Shown here: one piece after another, positions 1 through 9,791 of the stretch
How positions within the stretch are numbered: the stretch's first letter is position 1
Layout of the letters: each line of letters begins with the position of its first letter
Source: Candidatus Poribacteria bacterium
GTDB lineage: Bacteria; Poribacteria; WGA-4E; WGA-3G
NCBI GenBank assembly: GCA_965215265.1
Contig: OZ244048.1
Span: forward strand, 2,464,001 to 2,528,000
DNA length: 64,000 nt
Reading direction: 5' to 3'
The notes under the pieces: model-generated
What the model was told of the DNA's origin: nothing
Seen by the model: the letters and a program-made list of their open reading frames with translations, nothing else
The model's database searches: none
Translations under genes and position numbers: made by a program

Positions 1-1
1 T

Positions 2-478
2 GATGTAGACGTAGGCCTCAAGGCGCGTCCCGGAGATACCGACCGGCTCTTTAATGCGGTTCTGCTGATCGACGATGAAGTTCTGCTCCAGAACATGCAG
101 AATATCCTCGCCGCCGGGTACAGAAATGGCGCGTGCGGCTGTTATGGCTCGATCGACATCCCTTTCCGAGATTGCGGGTACACTTGCTGAAACGACACCG
201 TGGGAAGTTTGCCCTAAAAGATGGTCTCCGGAGATGCCAACACAGACGTTTTCTATGTTGACTCCGGCCATGAGTTCAGCGGCATCAATCGCTTTGCGAA
301 TTGCTTCTGCTGTCTGATTGATGTCGACGACGACGCCTCTTCGTACGCCTTCAGAAGGCACGTTGCCGACGCCAATAATTTCAACGCTGTCTCTGTGCCC
401 TGCAGCGGTGTCCGCCACGACAACAGAAATTTTACTTGAGCCAATATCTAATCCGGTGATAATACGTTCCTTAGCCAT
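2..478 (-). CDS. ftsA: Cell division protein FtsA (5' part; runs off window)
   Basis: Not in ORF track; hand translation from ATG 478 gives MAKERIITGLDIGSSKISVVV...GVRRGVVVDI...ILHVLEQNFIVDQ...EPVGISGTRLE. Start overlaps ftsQ stop (TAATG). Confidence 0.96.
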   Translation of the reverse strand, partial: MAKERIITGLDIGSSKISVVVADTAAGHRDSVEIIGVGNVPSEGVRRGVVVDINQTAEAIRKAIDAAELMAGVNIENVCVGISGDHLLGQTSHGVVSASVPAISERDVDRAITAARAISVPGGEDILHVLEQNFIVDQQNRIKEPVGISGTRLEAYVYI

Positions 479-1512
479 TACCTGTTTTCTCTCCCCCAAT
501 AGAGCGCGTCTTGAAATCTTGCGTCTAAGTACGTTTGTTTTTCGTTTGCTGTCGTGTCTATTTCTGCAGCGTGATTGTGTCCTTGTTGCAAGAATAGGGT
601 GATATGATGGAGTCCTGTCTCAACTGCGTCTTCTGAAATCCACACCTGTGCTGCGAGCCCAAGTATCTCCAATTTAACTTTGTGTGCCTGACGTGCATCG
701 ACCGTCCTAATCTGGTTTGCGAGTTCTGGTTCGCGAAGGACAGCGGTTTTTAAAATATGCAACCCTAACACGAGTTCGGATTCTTGCGGTGCGGTCCCTG
801 GTGAAGGGAGTACATCGCCTACCGCGAGCACCGTAGGCATTCGGTGAGGTTTTTCAACGGTTGCCTGCACTTGTCGATGCCTGCTTGGTGCGGCACCGGA
901 TGGTTTCTGAGTTAATTGCATCTGTTTATTAACCGATGGCTGCCTTCGCAGCGCGAATTCGTCTATTACAGATTCTAACACATAGCCCTCCCTATCTACT
1001 ACAAAAAAAGCGGTTTTTGCAGGACGGCGCGAAGTCTTGGGAATCAGCCGGTATTCAAGCAAGGCGAACGGTTCACGTTCAGTCACCGTGATAGTGAGCA
1101 TCCGTTTCATCAACTGCTTTGATATGTACGCGTCCTTAATATAACTGAGATTCTTCTTGAGATACGCCGCGGTCTGCTCTTCTGATTCCGTAATGATATT
1201 ATCAAGATTGGCACCTAAGATGTCATAGATGTGTGCGTCTGTATAGTGCCTATTGCCGGATACCTCCAACGAGACATATTCAACGCTGAAAAAGGTCAGT
1301 AGCACTTTCCCGATGAATGCCAAGGTCACGAGCGCAGCAATCCCAAAGATGAACCGTCGCCACAGATACACCTTTGAGTTTTTCTTTAGCTGCCGTCGTG
1401 TATATAACCGGTCTGTTCGCCTTATAGCGTTTCCTGCATGGGCAGCTGTGCTTCTGTACGAATCCGACTGCTTCCGGCTATGCGATTTGTGTGCCTGGTG
1501 AAGTGCTCTCAT
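478..1512 (-). CDS. ftsQ: Cell division protein FtsQ/DivIB
   Basis: Basic N-terminus, one TM helix, POTRA-like VSGNRHY...ITVTEREP, C-terminal YLDARF; lies between murC and ftsA. Confidence 0.85.
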   Translation of the reverse strand: MRALHQAHKSHSRKQSDSYRSTAAHAGNAIRRTDRLYTRRQLKKNSKVYLWRRFIFGIAALVTLAFIGKVLLTFFSVEYVSLEVSGNRHYTDAHIYDILGANLDNIITESEEQTAAYLKKNLSYIKDAYISKQLMKRMLTITVTEREPFALLEYRLIPKTSRRPAKTAFFVVDREGYVLESVIDEFALRRQPSVNKQMQLTQKPSGAAPSRHRQVQATVEKPHRMPTVLAVGDVLPSPGTAPQESELVLGLHILKTAVLREPELANQIRTVDARQAHKVKLEILGLAAQVWISEDAVETGLHHITLFLQQGHNHAAEIDTTANEKQTYLDARFQDALYWGRENR

Positions 1513-2890
1513 TTTTTTCCTTCAATGCTGCCAAGAATTGGTGTCCGACCTGACTGATATCGCCAGCACCAAGCGTGATAACGATATCCCCGGGGCGGGT
1601 TATTTGCGTGAGATATTCGGTAATTTCCTCGGTATCCGGCATGTAAATGACGTGTCGATGCCCGTGTGCCTGGATGGCTTGTGCTAAGTTTTCTGCTGTC
1701 ACGTTTTCAATAGGCGTTTCTCCAGCACCATAGATGGATGTGACAATCAGCACATCGGCTTGATAAAAAGAGCGGCAGAACTCATCTGCTAAGTCTCTGA
1801 CCCGCTGGTAGCGATGCGGTTGAAAGACTGCGACGACACGTCGTTTATAGCCTTCACGTGCGCCGCTGAGTGCTGCTTTTAGCTTCACTGGATTGTGGGC
1901 GTAATCGTCAACAACGATGATGTTATCTACTTCGCCAAGTACTTCAAAACGTCTGTGTACCCCTTGAAAGGATTCAAGGCTATCGCGAATCTGCTCGAAC
2001 GGAATGTCAAATTCAAGTCCCACGGCTATTGCGGCCAAAGAGTTAGCGATGTTATGTCGCCCTGGCATTTTGAGGTGTATGTCCCCGAGTCGCCCGTTAA
2101 CGCGTAGTTCTGGGGATGCGCTGACGGTGTAACGTGAGGTTGGCCCTTCAGCGTTAATTTCTTCTGCGATGAGGTCTGCGCCGAATTCAAGTCCGTAAGT
2201 GAGGTAGCGTTTTTCAATGCGTGGGATGAATTTTTGAATGTTTTCGCTATCTAAGCAAAGTACAGCCGTCCCGTAGAACGGAACTTTGTTAGCAAATTTG
2301 AGGAAGGTTTCGCCGATTTCGTCGACGCTATTGTAATAGTCAAGATGGTCAGCATCGACAGAAGTGATTACAGCGATTGTGGGATAGAACATCTCAATAG
2401 AACCGTATGCCTCGTCTGCTTCTACCACCATGACATCGCCCTGCCCGGTGTGTGCGTGAGTGCCATCGACGAGTTTACCGCCGACAACGACTGTTGGGTC
2501 CAAGCTCTTTAGGACGGCTGCTGTCATCGCTGTCGTGGTTGTTTTTCCGTGTGTTCCACTGACTGCGACACTGTAGCGCATCCGGGTAATCTCATTGAGC
2601 ATTTCGGCACCCCTGACGACAGGGATTTTCTGTGCGGCGGCGGCGAGAAGTTCTGGGTTATCCGGTGGAATTGCGGGGGACTTTACCACGACATCTGCCC
2701 CGTTAAGATTTGTTGTTGCATGGCTGTAGTATATCTTAGCTCCTTGTGCGCGTAGGTGCTCGGTTGTCTCTGAACACCGCAAATCGGAACCTGTTACCTG
2801 AAAACCGAGGTCGAGTAAGATTTCAGAGATACCGCTGAGCCCGGCACCGCCGATGCCGATAACATGGATATGTTTCGTTTTTCCAAACAT
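1478..2890 (-). CDS. murC: UDP-N-acetylmuramate--L-alanine ligase
   Basis: IHVIGIGGAGLSG, GTHGKTTTT, DDYAHNP, FQPHRY; start set at ATG 2890. Confidence 0.97.
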   Translation of the reverse strand: MFGKTKHIHVIGIGGAGLSGISEILLDLGFQVTGSDLRCSETTEHLRAQGAKIYYSHATTNLNGADVVVKSPAIPPDNPELLAAAAQKIPVVRGAEMLNEITRMRYSVAVSGTHGKTTTTAMTAAVLKSLDPTVVVGGKLVDGTHAHTGQGDVMVVEADEAYGSIEMFYPTIAVITSVDADHLDYYNSVDEIGETFLKFANKVPFYGTAVLCLDSENIQKFIPRIEKRYLTYGLEFGADLIAEEINAEGPTSRYTVSASPELRVNGRLGDIHLKMPGRHNIANSLAAIAVGLEFDIPFEQIRDSLESFQGVHRRFEVLGEVDNIIVVDDYAHNPVKLKAALSGAREGYKRRVVAVFQPHRYQRVRDLADEFCRSFYQADVLIVTSIYGAGETPIENVTAENLAQAIQAHGHRHVIYMPDTEEITEYLTQITRPGDIVITLGAGDISQVGHQFLAALKEKNESTSPGTQIA

Positions 2891-2912
2891 TTTTATATAT
2901 CTCCGTACCGTC

Positions 2913-3010
2913 AACGCTTATGATTTTGTTAAATCGTGTGTAAATCTCGTCGGAGGTTAACTAGGTATAGTCTTTAAAATCGTAGGCATAAACGGCTCAG
3001 ACGAGATTTG
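2913..3010. repeat. Dispersed repeat family 2, copy with inverted ends
   Basis: TAAATCTCGTCGGAG (2941-2955) and CTCAGACGAGATTTG (2996-3010); related copies at 36356-36399 and 62829-62871. Confidence 0.7.
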
Positions 3011-3033
3011 TAAGGGTTTTAACATTGCAGCAG

Positions 3034-3091
3034 CCTTGTTACGGGCTCCTGTAGACGAAAGACCTTGTTACGGGCTCCTGTAGACAAAAGA
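3034..3091. repeat. 29-bp tandem duplication
   Basis: CCTTGTTACGGGCTCCTGTAGAC(G/A)AAAGA x2, one mismatch. Confidence 0.95.
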
Positions 3092-3096
3092 ATCCT

Positions 3097-4218
3097 TCAT
3101 AATTGTGCGAGAATAGCGTGGGCGATTTCCTCGCTTGCTTTCGGTTTTCCGATGGCCTGGCTTGCATTTGCCATCGTTTGATGGGTTTTAGCATCCGTGG
3201 TAATGCGGAGCAGGTGGCTGACGAGCTGGTCGGTTGTAAAGGTGCCTTGCTCTAGGACGATTGCAGCACCTGCGGCGGCGATTGTGCGCGCATTCAATAC
3301 CTGGTTGTTGCCGGTTTGTGCCGGTAAAGGAATGAAAATTGCAGGGATACCACATGCCGTTACCTCTGACACTGTCATTCCGCCGGCCCTACACACCATC
3401 AGATCGGTTATGCTGTAGACTTCTTCAACTGAATCAAAGAAGGGTTCGACTCGATGTGGTAAGCACGGGTTGAGTTTTTTATACGTCTCCTGAACGGTTT
3501 CTAAGTCTGCTGTGCCGGTTTGGTGTACGATTTGCAGGCAATCTAGCCCACGGCCCCCTGCTTGGCGTACTAAGTGCGGTAGACTCTCTATGAGACTCTG
3601 ATTGATTGCGTGCGCGCCTTGACTTCCTCCCATTACAAATACCGTTTTTCGATCTGGGCACAATCCGAGTTTTTGATAGGTAGCAGCGTTTCGTTGATAC
3701 GCCGTGATTGCGGGGCGAATGGGGTTGCCTGTCACGGAAACAATTTCTTTACGGAACTTCGCTGGAGCCGGTTCTAATGCTAGGTAGGCGGCTGCCGCCC
3801 AGCGTGCCAGTATTGCATTTGTCAAGCCAACAGAAGCGTTCTGTTCCTGGACAGCGATCGGAATCTTACAGAGGACCCCGGCAAAAAGGACGGGTCCGGA
3901 GACGTAACCGCCCGTGCCAACGACAAAATCTGGTGCGAGTTCTCTCATGTACCGCAACGATTGCTGCAGTCCGCACGCGGCTTTCCAGAGTACAGGAAAC
4001 CATTGGAAAGTTATCCGGCGGGGGAATCCTGCAACAGAGATGGGCAAAAAACGGAAGCCGTGCTGTGGCACAAGCGTTGCCTCCAAACGTCTGTCGCCCC
4101 CGATGAAAACGATATTGATGTTAGTTTCTAGGCGTTTCAAGGCTTGCGCAATGCCGATGGCAGGATAGATATGCCCACCGGTGCCGCCACCTGAAATCAC
4201 TATCGTGTGCTTTTTCAT
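3097..4218 (-). CDS. murG: Undecaprenyl-PP-MurNAc-pentapeptide GlcNAc transferase
   Basis: GGGTGGHIYP, GTGGYVSGP, EQN, GNPIR, GGSQGA, CRAGGMT. Confidence 0.97.
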   Translation of the reverse strand: MKKHTIVISGGGTGGHIYPAIGIAQALKRLETNINIVFIGGDRRLEATLVPQHGFRFLPISVAGFPRRITFQWFPVLWKAACGLQQSLRYMRELAPDFVVGTGGYVSGPVLFAGVLCKIPIAVQEQNASVGLTNAILARWAAAAYLALEPAPAKFRKEIVSVTGNPIRPAITAYQRNAATYQKLGLCPDRKTVFVMGGSQGAHAINQSLIESLPHLVRQAGGRGLDCLQIVHQTGTADLETVQETYKKLNPCLPHRVEPFFDSVEEVYSITDLMVCRAGGMTVSEVTACGIPAIFIPLPAQTGNNQVLNARTIAAAGAAIVLEQGTFTTDQLVSHLLRITTDAKTHQTMANASQAIGKPKASEEIAHAILAQL

Positions 4219-4235
4219 TTATAACACCTAAAACA

Positions 4236-4393
4236 TTTCCAAACCCAGTGGGTGGCGAGTAAAAGGGAAGGGAAGTTCTCCCGGCAAGCGGGGAGGAATC
4301 CCCTTTCTTGTCTGTCCTGAAAGACAGACAAAGAATACCTAGCTCGCCACTCTTTGACACAAGGAATTCACCCTGCAAAGCAGGGAGAACTTC
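4236..4393 (+). repeat. Palindromic dispersed repeat family 1, copy A plus inverted partial copy
   Basis: 4236-4353 matches reverse complements of 11431-11508 and 14038-14137; about 4363-4393 is an inverted partial copy of its core. Confidence 0.85.
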
Positions 4394-4423
4394 TTAAAAG
4401 AGAAATTTCGACACTGGATTGTG

Positions 4424-5650
4424 TTACCTCTTCTTAGAACAGAAACGTGAAACATTGAGTAGAATACCGACGCTGACTAAGCTGAGAACAATTGATGAAC
4501 CGCCATAACTGATGAACGGTAACGTAATCCCCTTTGTGGGTAAAATGCCGGTGACAACGCCGATATTGATGAACGCTTGTAAACCGATCAGGATTGTCAT
4601 GCCGATAGCGAGCAACGAACCGAACAAATCTTCAACGTAGCGGGCGATGTGTAACCCACGCCACACAAACAACATGAAAAGGAGCGTTACGCTGGCGGTC
4701 CCGATGAATCCGAATTCTTCACCGAGGACGGCGAAAATGAAATCGGTGTGAGGATACGGCAGATGCACCACCTTGGCAACACTGTTATCAATCCCAACGC
4801 CGAAAAGCCCACCCCAGCCGAGTGCTTTGAGCGAATGTGATAATTGATAATTTGCCCCATCTGGAGATTTCCAGAGAGCGATGTAATCGATGAACCGTTG
4901 CAGCCGGTACGGGTTGCGAAGGACTAGGATACTGAGCGCGCCAATCCCGGCACCTGTGAGCATCACGGCATGCCAGATGCGAATGCCACCGACAAATAGT
5001 ACGATACACACCGTTACTGCTAAGAGGAGCGCAGACCCAAAGTCAGGCTGCTGTGCGACGAGCCCGAAAGCGGCACCTAAAATCAACAGATTCGGCAGAA
5101 TTCCGTTAAGGAAGCTTTTTGCTTTCTGTGGGTTCCGGCTGATAAATGTAGCTACATGGATGATGAGCGCGATTTTGGCGAATTCTACCGGTTGGAAATT
5201 GAACGGCACGCCGGGCATTCGAATCCAGCGGTTAAACCTACCGCCTTCCATCCCGCGTACGCTGACGCTGAAAAACGGCACGAATACTAACAGTAAAGCG
5301 ATGAACGCTACAATCAAAATCTTGGTGGAATGTTTCGCATAAAACTGATAAGGTACGGCAGACGCTATGAACATACCGATGAAGCCGATAACACAGGCAA
5401 TGACATGGACTCGCAAATATCGGTAACTGTCCCCGTTATATTCTCTTGAAGAGAGCAGATGGCCTGAGCTATACACCATCAAGATACCTACAGCGATGAG
5501 GCAAAATGTTAGTGCAATGAGAATCTTATCCCTTTTTCCACTCTGTTGAGTTTCGATGTTAGATGGCGTTGCCTCGGTAAAACGCCGCTGCCCAAGCGCG
5601 GCTCTACCTAAACGTGCAGGTGCTGTGGCGGACAGTCCTCGGGTTCTCAT
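4424..5650 (-). CDS. ftsW: Peptidoglycan glycosyltransferase FtsW
   Basis: Multi-TM SEDS protein: RWI, FQPVEFAK, QPDFG, HTDFIFAVLGEEFG, LPFISYGGSS; start uncertain (5650 or 5677). Confidence 0.96.
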   Translation of the reverse strand: MRTRGLSATAPARLGRAALGQRRFTEATPSNIETQQSGKRDKILIALTFCLIAVGILMVYSSGHLLSSREYNGDSYRYLRVHVIACVIGFIGMFIASAVPYQFYAKHSTKILIVAFIALLLVFVPFFSVSVRGMEGGRFNRWIRMPGVPFNFQPVEFAKIALIIHVATFISRNPQKAKSFLNGILPNLLILGAAFGLVAQQPDFGSALLLAVTVCIVLFVGGIRIWHAVMLTGAGIGALSILVLRNPYRLQRFIDYIALWKSPDGANYQLSHSLKALGWGGLFGVGIDNSVAKVVHLPYPHTDFIFAVLGEEFGFIGTASVTLLFMLFVWRGLHIARYVEDLFGSLLAIGMTILIGLQAFINIGVVTGILPTKGITLPFISYGGSSIVLSLVSVGILLNVSRFCSKKR

Positions 5651-5660
5651 GGCTACGTTT

Positions 5661-7187
5661 TTATGATTGAAGTGCATGAACAGCCTCTTTAAACGCGTTT
5701 CCGCGTGCTTTATAGTCGGTATACATATCAAAACTGGCATTTGCCGGTGACAGTAGCACTACATCGCCGGGTACGGCATGTTGGTAAGCAACCTGCACAG
5801 CTTCCGTCATAGTTTTGGCAGGCAAGATATCGGTGAACGCTGCTAGGGCGTTTTGGATACGTTGTGTATGTCCGCCGAGCATGACACCCTTTTTGACTTT
5901 CTCACGTACTAACCGAATAAGCGGCGTGTAGTCGTTTCCTTTATCGTAGCCGCCCATAATCAGTAGAACGTTTTTTCTGGCCTCGGATGAAGGTGATGAA
6001 GTTACTGATTCAAGTGCTGCTTTTACGGAATCTACATTCGTCGCTTTTGAGTCGTCAATGAATTGAACACCGTGCACCGTCCGAACCCGTTCGAAGGCAT
6101 GCTTGAAGGCAGGGTGTGCAAGGTCAAGCTGCTGGAGTGCTATCCGGATATGCTCAGCGGTTACGCCGTAAATTAATCCCACGGCGGCTGCCGCGAGTGT
6201 ATTCCGTATGTTGTGTGCCCCTGCGAGCGGAATATCCTTGACGTGACAGAGGAATTGTGGTTTTTGGCATGCGTTCTCAGTGTGCTCTGTCGATGTGCCA
6301 ATATTCCCAAAAATCTGCAGATTTCCGGTTTCATCGCGTTGGAGATAAGTTCCTTGTGTAGCGTATCGTGGCTGCTTCGGAACATTCTCACTACTACCCG
6401 TGTGCGTATGGCATTCTGTGGGCTGAAAATAGACGGTTCTTGCGGTAGTTAATGCTGCGAAGTCGGCCACCTGTTCATCGGAACTGTTTAGTACTATCCA
6501 ATCGGCTGCAGTTTGGTTGGCGCATATCTGCTGTTTCGCGCGGGTATAGGCACGCATGGTCCGATGCCTATCCAGATGGTCCGGTGATATGTTCAGTACA
6601 ACGCTCACTATCGGATGGAAGGTGACTGTGCTTTCTAATTGGAAGCTGCTGGCTTCAAGGACGACGATGTCTCTACTCGTCAGATTCTGAACTTCTGCCG
6701 ACAAAGGGAGCCCGATATTCCCTGCGACACAGACGTTTGTAAATCGCCGGCTCGTTTCGAGAATAGCCGCTGTCAAAAGTGTGGTTGTTGATTTTCCTTT
6801 TGTTCCAGTAATTGCGACAATGGGTGCTGGACAGAGGCTCGCGGCAACTTCCAATTCTCCGAGGATTGGGATGCGTTTTGCCCGTGCCTTGCAGAGAATC
6901 GGAATATCGAGGGGTACACCGGGGGACACAATAATCAGTGCTGCTGCTGCTATACATGTGTCTGGATGCCCCCCCAGGTAAAATTTCAGCGGGGGGTTTT
7001 GACTTGACGGGCTCGGCATCTGCTGTGTGAGCTGCTCAATTTCTGCGGATAGAGCCTCACGCTCGCGGGAATCTGTAACTGTCACGTTCGCGCCCAGTGC
7101 AAGCAGCAATTTTGCGATAGCCAACCCGCTGCGGTTCAATCCAAAAACGATGACCGGTTTCCCGGAGAAAATGTCCGCGTTTCGCAT
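5661..7187 (-). CDS. murD: UDP-MurNAc-L-Ala--D-glutamate ligase
   Basis: VSPGVP, ITGTKGKSTT, EASSFQL, DHLDRH, DDSKATN, LLSPANASFD. Confidence 0.96.
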   Translation of the reverse strand: MRNADIFSGKPVIVFGLNRSGLAIAKLLLALGANVTVTDSREREALSAEIEQLTQQMPSPSSQNPPLKFYLGGHPDTCIAAAALIIVSPGVPLDIPILCKARAKRIPILGELEVAASLCPAPIVAITGTKGKSTTTLLTAAILETSRRFTNVCVAGNIGLPLSAEVQNLTSRDIVVLEASSFQLESTVTFHPIVSVVLNISPDHLDRHRTMRAYTRAKQQICANQTAADWIVLNSSDEQVADFAALTTARTVYFQPTECHTHTGSSENVPKQPRYATQGTYLQRDETGNLQIFGNIGTSTEHTENACQKPQFLCHVKDIPLAGAHNIRNTLAAAAVGLIYGVTAEHIRIALQQLDLAHPAFKHAFERVRTVHGVQFIDDSKATNVDSVKAALESVTSSPSSEARKNVLLIMGGYDKGNDYTPLIRLVREKVKKGVMLGGHTQRIQNALAAFTDILPAKTMTEAVQVAYQHAVPGDVVLLSPANASFDMYTDYKARGNAFKEAVHALQS

Positions 7188-7191
7188 CGCT

Positions 7192-8307
7192 CTACCTCAA
7201 CTTCACCGTGCTGAGTGCAATCAGCACTAAAATTAACCCTATGATCCAGAACCTGATAACCACTTTGGATTCCTTCCATCCCGATAACAGAAAATGGTAG
7301 TGGAGGGGCGACATTTTGAAAACGCGTTTGCCAAAGGTGCGAAACGACCAGACCTGGATAATCACAGACAGTGCCTCTGCTACAAAGATTGCGCCAACAA
7401 TCACGAGCAGAAATTCCTGTTTTATGAGGAGTGCCACTGTCCCAAGTGTAGCACCGAGGACAAGCGAACCTGTATCGCCCATAAAGACTTGGGCGGGATG
7501 CGAGTTATACCATAAGAAGCCGAGCCCTGCCCCCACTAGCGCGGCACAAAAGATTGTCGCCACCTCACCGGCAATTGGGAAATGAAAAATGTTTAGATAA
7601 TTCGCAATCTGATGATGGCTCGTCATATAGCCGAGTACACCCAAGGTCCCTGCCACAAATATTGTGCACCCAATTGCTAAGCCGTCCATTCCATCTGTAA
7701 GATTTACGGCATTTGAGGTGCCGACGATGACCAGCGTCGCGAACGGAATAAACAGAATACCGAGTTCGGGTTGCACTGTTTTGAAAAAAGGGAGACTCAA
7801 CGAGGTGCGCGTTGCAACATCGCCGGTCACTATTGGGCCCGCCTGGTAAAGGTAGCTAGCGATAGCTAATGCACCGACTGTCTGGAGCCCTATCTTGTGC
7901 CAACCGCGGAGGCCTAAGGACTGTTGTTTGACTAATTTACTATAATCATCAAGGAAGCCGAGCCCCCCGAACCAGAGGATGGTTAAAATCATTAGATAGA
8001 AGAACGGCTGATCTAGCCGGCTCCAAAACACTATAGATACCAAAATGGAGACAATGATGAGGATGCCCCCCATTGTGGGCGTGCCTGCTTTGCTATCCCA
8101 CTCTTCCGATTTGGATTTCGGCCCCTCTTCGATGAGATGTTCGCCGATCCGCAGCTGCTTCAGCCGTGCTATCATGAACGGCCCTAAAACTAATGAGATG
8201 ACGAGTGCGGTTGCTGTTGCATAAATTGCCCGAAAACTGATATAGCGAAAGATATTGAATGGTGAAAACGTGTCAACCAAACTTTCAAAAAAGAGATGAT
8301 AAAACAT
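7192..8307 (-). CDS. mraY: Phospho-MurNAc-pentapeptide transferase
   Basis: GTPTMGG, GFLDDY, NAVNLTDGMDGLA, VFMGDTGS, PLHYHF. Confidence 0.97.
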   Translation of the reverse strand: MFYHLFFESLVDTFSPFNIFRYISFRAIYATATALVISLVLGPFMIARLKQLRIGEHLIEEGPKSKSEEWDSKAGTPTMGGILIIVSILVSIVFWSRLDQPFFYLMILTILWFGGLGFLDDYSKLVKQQSLGLRGWHKIGLQTVGALAIASYLYQAGPIVTGDVATRTSLSLPFFKTVQPELGILFIPFATLVIVGTSNAVNLTDGMDGLAIGCTIFVAGTLGVLGYMTSHHQIANYLNIFHFPIAGEVATIFCAALVGAGLGFLWYNSHPAQVFMGDTGSLVLGATLGTVALLIKQEFLLVIVGAIFVAEALSVIIQVWSFRTFGKRVFKMSPLHYHFLLSGWKESKVVIRFWIIGLILVLIALSTVKLR

Positions 8308-8378
8308 TTTATATGTCGCTTTCAAGTCCCGATTTAGCATCTAAAATTTCTTTAGACGCGTTCGGTCGGTTACTGGTT

Positions 8379-9662
8379 TTACAACTTTCCTTCGCCTTTC
8401 TTCAATTTAGTGAGCCTTGCCCCGGCATGGCTGAGCAAGTTTGTTGGATAAGAATATGTTAAGCTGTTTTTCTCCTGATGCACTGCGAACGCTAAATCAA
8501 TGAGTTTGGAGACGAGTTGCGGGAATTCGACACCGTCGTGTTCCCAAAGATAAAAACTGAATGAACCGGGAAGCGTGTTAATTTCATTGACGTAAACCTG
8601 CCCCGATTCATCCATTAAGAAATCGATTCGTGCAACCCCGGTGCAGTCCAACGCTTGAAAACTTTGCAACGCGAGCTCCTGAATATGTAACGTCAATTCT
8701 TCAGAAATGGGTGCAGGAATTTTCCGTGTCGCACCTGCCATACCGGACGGAGCGGGCGATGCACTACTACTATCCTTGCTTTGGGCTCCTGTTTCGACTG
8801 GATGGCTCGCTTCCACTGTATTATCTGAGGGCATCCCTTCATTTTCATGGAGGTATTTATCCTCAAAGGTTAGAAATGCCGCTTCTGTCATCGGTTGTTC
8901 ACAAACCGAAGGGGTCAATTGGTGTGTTCCCATCACGGCGCAGTTAATTTCAGCTGGCTTTTTGACGGCTTGTTCTACCAGGATTCTGCGGCAATACTGC
9001 CCGGCGAGCTGGACAGCGGAGAGGAGTTCTGTGTTATTTGTTGCTCGACTGACGCCGATACTAGAGCCACTGAGAGCAGGTTTGACAAAAACCGGGTACC
9101 CCAGGGTGGTTTTGAGCTGCTTAAGAATGTTCGGTCTAAACTTGTCCCATTGGTACATTGTCCACGACAGATAGGGGACAATAGGAATCTGATTCTCCGT
9201 GAGAACAGCCTTCATCATGATTTTATCCATGCCGACAGCGGAGCCGACAACCCCGGCACCGACATAAGGCAGATTCATTAGTTCTAGGAGTCCTTGAAGC
9301 GTCCCATCTTCACCGTGTGAGCCGTGTATCGCCGGAAATACGACATCAACAGATAGTGTTATCGGTTTTGCGCGTCGGAACCACTTTGTCTTTTGTTTTG
9401 GAAGGACGGTGAACTTTGGTACTGTGCCGAATTCAACAGTGACAGTTTCAAAATCGGAAGCGTGTGGCAGCTGACCGTCTGTGAAGGTGCTCAGTTCGCG
9501 CAGTTTCTCTCCGGTTAGCCACTCGCCACTCTTTGTGACGTAAATCGGAATCACGTTATGCGTCTCTTCCAAAGCAGCACAGACCTGCTGCGCTGTTATG
9601 ATAGATACTTCGTGTTCTGGCGAACGTCCGCCAAAAACAACGGCTACATTATGTCGTTGCAT
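8379..9662 (-). CDS. ddl: D-alanine--D-alanine ligase
   Basis: FGGRSPEHEVS, HGSHGEDG, MDK, GSSIG, ARIDF, NEINTLPG; start ATG 9662 has a purine-rich RBS. Confidence 0.95.
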   Translation of the reverse strand: MQRHNVAVVFGGRSPEHEVSIITAQQVCAALEETHNVIPIYVTKSGEWLTGEKLRELSTFTDGQLPHASDFETVTVEFGTVPKFTVLPKQKTKWFRRAKPITLSVDVVFPAIHGSHGEDGTLQGLLELMNLPYVGAGVVGSAVGMDKIMMKAVLTENQIPIVPYLSWTMYQWDKFRPNILKQLKTTLGYPVFVKPALSGSSIGVSRATNNTELLSAVQLAGQYCRRILVEQAVKKPAEINCAVMGTHQLTPSVCEQPMTEAAFLTFEDKYLHENEGMPSDNTVEASHPVETGAQSKDSSSASPAPSGMAGATRKIPAPISEELTLHIQELALQSFQALDCTGVARIDFLMDESGQVYVNEINTLPGSFSFYLWEHDGVEFPQLVSKLIDLAFAVHQEKNSLTYSYPTNLLSHAGARLTKLKKGEGKL

Positions 9663-9791
9663 TGTCCTGCTAACCTTCCTTTCGGTAGCGTTATTGGTTT
9701 GCACACGCAATCTAGACAGATGTCCCATCTGCAGGCTCCAAGAGATGATTGATGCGCGCTCAGGCAAAGGCGTTGAGAGCAAGTCCGAAAC

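Noticed and set aside
8379-9662. D-Ala-D-Lac (vancomycin-type) ligase
   Set aside because: The omega loop keeps KY (FEDKY), as in D-Ala-D-Ala ligases; no van genes nearby.
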